DNA from: Mobula hypostoma
Taxonomy: Eukaryota
Reading direction: 5' to 3'
NCBI RefSeq assembly: GCF_963921235.1
Contig: NC_086097.1
Span: 18,292,001-18,356,000, forward strand
DNA length: 64,000 nucleotides
Below are positions 61,760-64,000 of the stretch, in pieces; within the stretch, counting starts at the first letter, position 1; each line of letters begins with the position of its first letter. The notes under the pieces are model-generated. The model was not told the origin of the DNA. It saw nothing but the letters and a program-made list of their open reading frames with translations, and did not search any database. Position numbers and translations under genes: made by a program.

Positions 61760-63354
61760 CAGGTGTCCCCCGCTTTTCGAACGTTCGCTTTACGAAACCT
61801 TACTGTTACAAAAAACCTACATTAGTACCCTGTTTTTGCTTTCAGAAGGTGTTTTCACTGTTACGAAAAAAAAGCAGCGCGTGATAAAAAATTCAGCGCG
61901 CAAAAAAATCAACGCGCGATGAAGGGCAGCGTGCGCTCCGAGCAACCGTTTGCAAGATGGGTTCTATGGTGTCGGAAAAGCCTAAAAGAGCTCGTAAGGG
62001 TGTTACACATAGCGTAAAACTAGAGATAATTAAGCGTTTCGATTGTGGTGAACGAAGTACTGGACAAAGTGAGTTTGGCTGGTGGAAGCTGACGAACATG
62101 ATGTTGAAAAGGTTTTGGCATCCCATGACCAAGAACTGATAGATGAAGAGCTGATGCAATTGGAAGAGGAAAGGATAACAATCGAAACTGAATGCAGTAG
62201 TGAAATGAACGCGAAGCAACTGCGTGAGATTTTCACTGCAATGATAAGTACGACTTTAATTTTGAAAGGGTACGTAGGTCTAGGGGATATTTGCAGGATG
62301 GTTTGAGTCCTTATGAAGAACTGTATGATAGAAAAATGCGTGAGGCTCAGTAGTCAAGCAAGCCTTCCACAGCAGCCACAGCAGACGACGAACTTCGACC
62401 TTCGACATCGAGGCGGGCAGTCATAGGAGAAGATGAGCTGCCTGCTCTAATGGAAACAGACGAGGAGATGACACCCCAGTGTCCCACCACCCCAACCCCC
62501 AGGCCACAGACAGATACTGTACTGATTCGCAGAGAATGCAGCAGTAGCCGGGAGGCACACAGCACATCTTTAAGAAAAAAGCCGAAATAAAGATGCTAAT
62601 TAATTAGGTGCCGCCCCACACTTAAATGTCGGCCCAGATCAAAGGCGATGCAATCGGCAATCAGCACTGATCTGGGCCAACAATTACGTGCCGGGCATCC
62701 CCTAATTAATTAGCATGTTTATTTTGGCTTTTTTCTTAAAGATGTGCTGGGTGCGTCCCAGCTACCGATGGACCCCTGCATGCTTCGCGGTTCGGTATCT
62801 GTTGGCGGCCCGGAGGGTGGGGGCCACTGCACCACCCAACCTGCGACGACTCAGTCTAACACACCATCATCAGTCTGCTCGGCGCTGTCCCGATTCCGGT
62901 AAGTGATATTACACTGTACATACATTATTTCTACTTTATATAGGCTGTGTATTTTTACGTGTTATTTGGTATGATTTGACAGCTTCATAGTTTAAAGGTT
63001 ACTGGAGAGTGCTTGCTTCGTGTTTTTGCCAACAGCGCTTGCGTGAGATTTTCTGCCGACGGTGCTTGCGTGAGATTTTCGCTACAGAGAACAGTTCAGT
63101 AATCATTGTGGAGAAGTATTTCTACTTTATATAAGCTGCGTATTTATCATATCACTCCTGCTTTTACTATATGTTACTGTTATTTTAGGTTTTATGAGTT
63201 ATTTGGCATGACTTGGTAGGTTATTTTTGGGTCTGCGAACGCTCACAAAATTTTCCCATATAAATAAATGGTAATTGCTTCTTCACTTTACGACATTTCT
63301 GCTTACGAACCATTTCATAGGAACGCTCTACCTTCGGATGGCGGGGGAAACCTG
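61760..63354 (+). mobile_element. Tigger/pogo-type DNA transposon, internally deleted
   Basis: TA|caggtgtcccccgcttttcgaa ... ttcggatggcgggggaaacctg|TA; remnants KRARKGVTHSVKLEIIKRFDCGE (N-terminal HTH) and DVEKVLASHDQELIDEELMQLEEER (C-terminus); no DDE core. Confidence 0.88.
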
Positions 63355-63761
63355 TACTATGGCAGTAGATGGATTTTCACAACGGTTTTGCGAGCTCACA
63401 GTCACTTTCATTATTAATAGTTCTTAATTCCAGATTTACTTAACCACATCAAAATAAGACCACCAGCTGCTTTGGTTGGTTGTGAAAGTAAGACCCTAGA
63501 CCAATGGATGCCTTCAGGATGCTGGTTCAGTAATTTAATGTCTCAAACAGTGTTGATAAAACAGACAACTATTTCAGAATTAAATATGAATAAAAATAGT
63601 GATACTGCCTCAGACAGTTCTATCTGGGAAGCTGTATGTACAGTAAAAGATTAGGAAGCTACTGTCAGCAAGGAGCATATTGAAGTTGAGACTTTATGCT
63701 GGGGGAGGCCCTGAGCTTAAGGAAAAATGGAATATGCTGGTAAGCCAAGGCTACCAACCGA

Positions 63762-63860
63762 GTTCTCATGAAGGGTCTCAGCCTGAAATATCGACTGTTT
63801 ACTCTTTGCCATAGATGCTGCCTGGCCTGCTGAGTTTCTCCAGCATTTTGTATGTGTTAC
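63762..63860 (+). mobile_element. Penelope terminal fragment
   Basis: atgaagggtctcagcctgaaatatcgactg...agatgctgcctggcctgctgagtt. Confidence 0.7.
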
Positions 63861-64000
63861 TACCAACGATAGAGGCTGATTTAATGAACAAACCAAAATA
63901 TGCTCAAGACAAATTAGCTAACAGAGGTGGGTTAGAGAAACATATTTGTGGGAGGGGAGTGGATTAGATCATCATCCTTTTCCCAGGATTGGGAATAGAG

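Overview
Eukaryotic, almost entirely repeat-derived DNA from an intron or intergenic region. The repeat spectrum points to a vertebrate, probably a cartilaginous fish such as a ray; this is inference from the many CR1 LINEs, Rex1/Babar-like LINEs, V-SINE-type SINEs and Penelope elements. Nearly all ORFs in the track are decayed transposon fragments or antisense and repeat artefacts. No complete host gene can be supported, and one orphan terminal-exon candidate lies near 32.3 kb on the minus strand. Elements present include deeply nested CR1 LINEs (one with a nearly intact 3' ORF2), an IR/DR-type Tc1, a Tigger/pogo derivative, Gypsy remnants, a precisely bounded non-autonomous Helitron, and Penelope fragments with hammerhead-like motifs. 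The most striking signal is a ~700 bp non-coding retroelement flanked by a target-site duplication (TSD) at 52496-53196. Its 5' end can be folded by hand into a complete HDV-like (delta-class) self-cleaving ribozyme with an unusual hairpin inserted in L3, and it carries a tRNA-like module inside its 3' stem-loop. All boundaries and structures were read by eye, and no database search or folding program was run.
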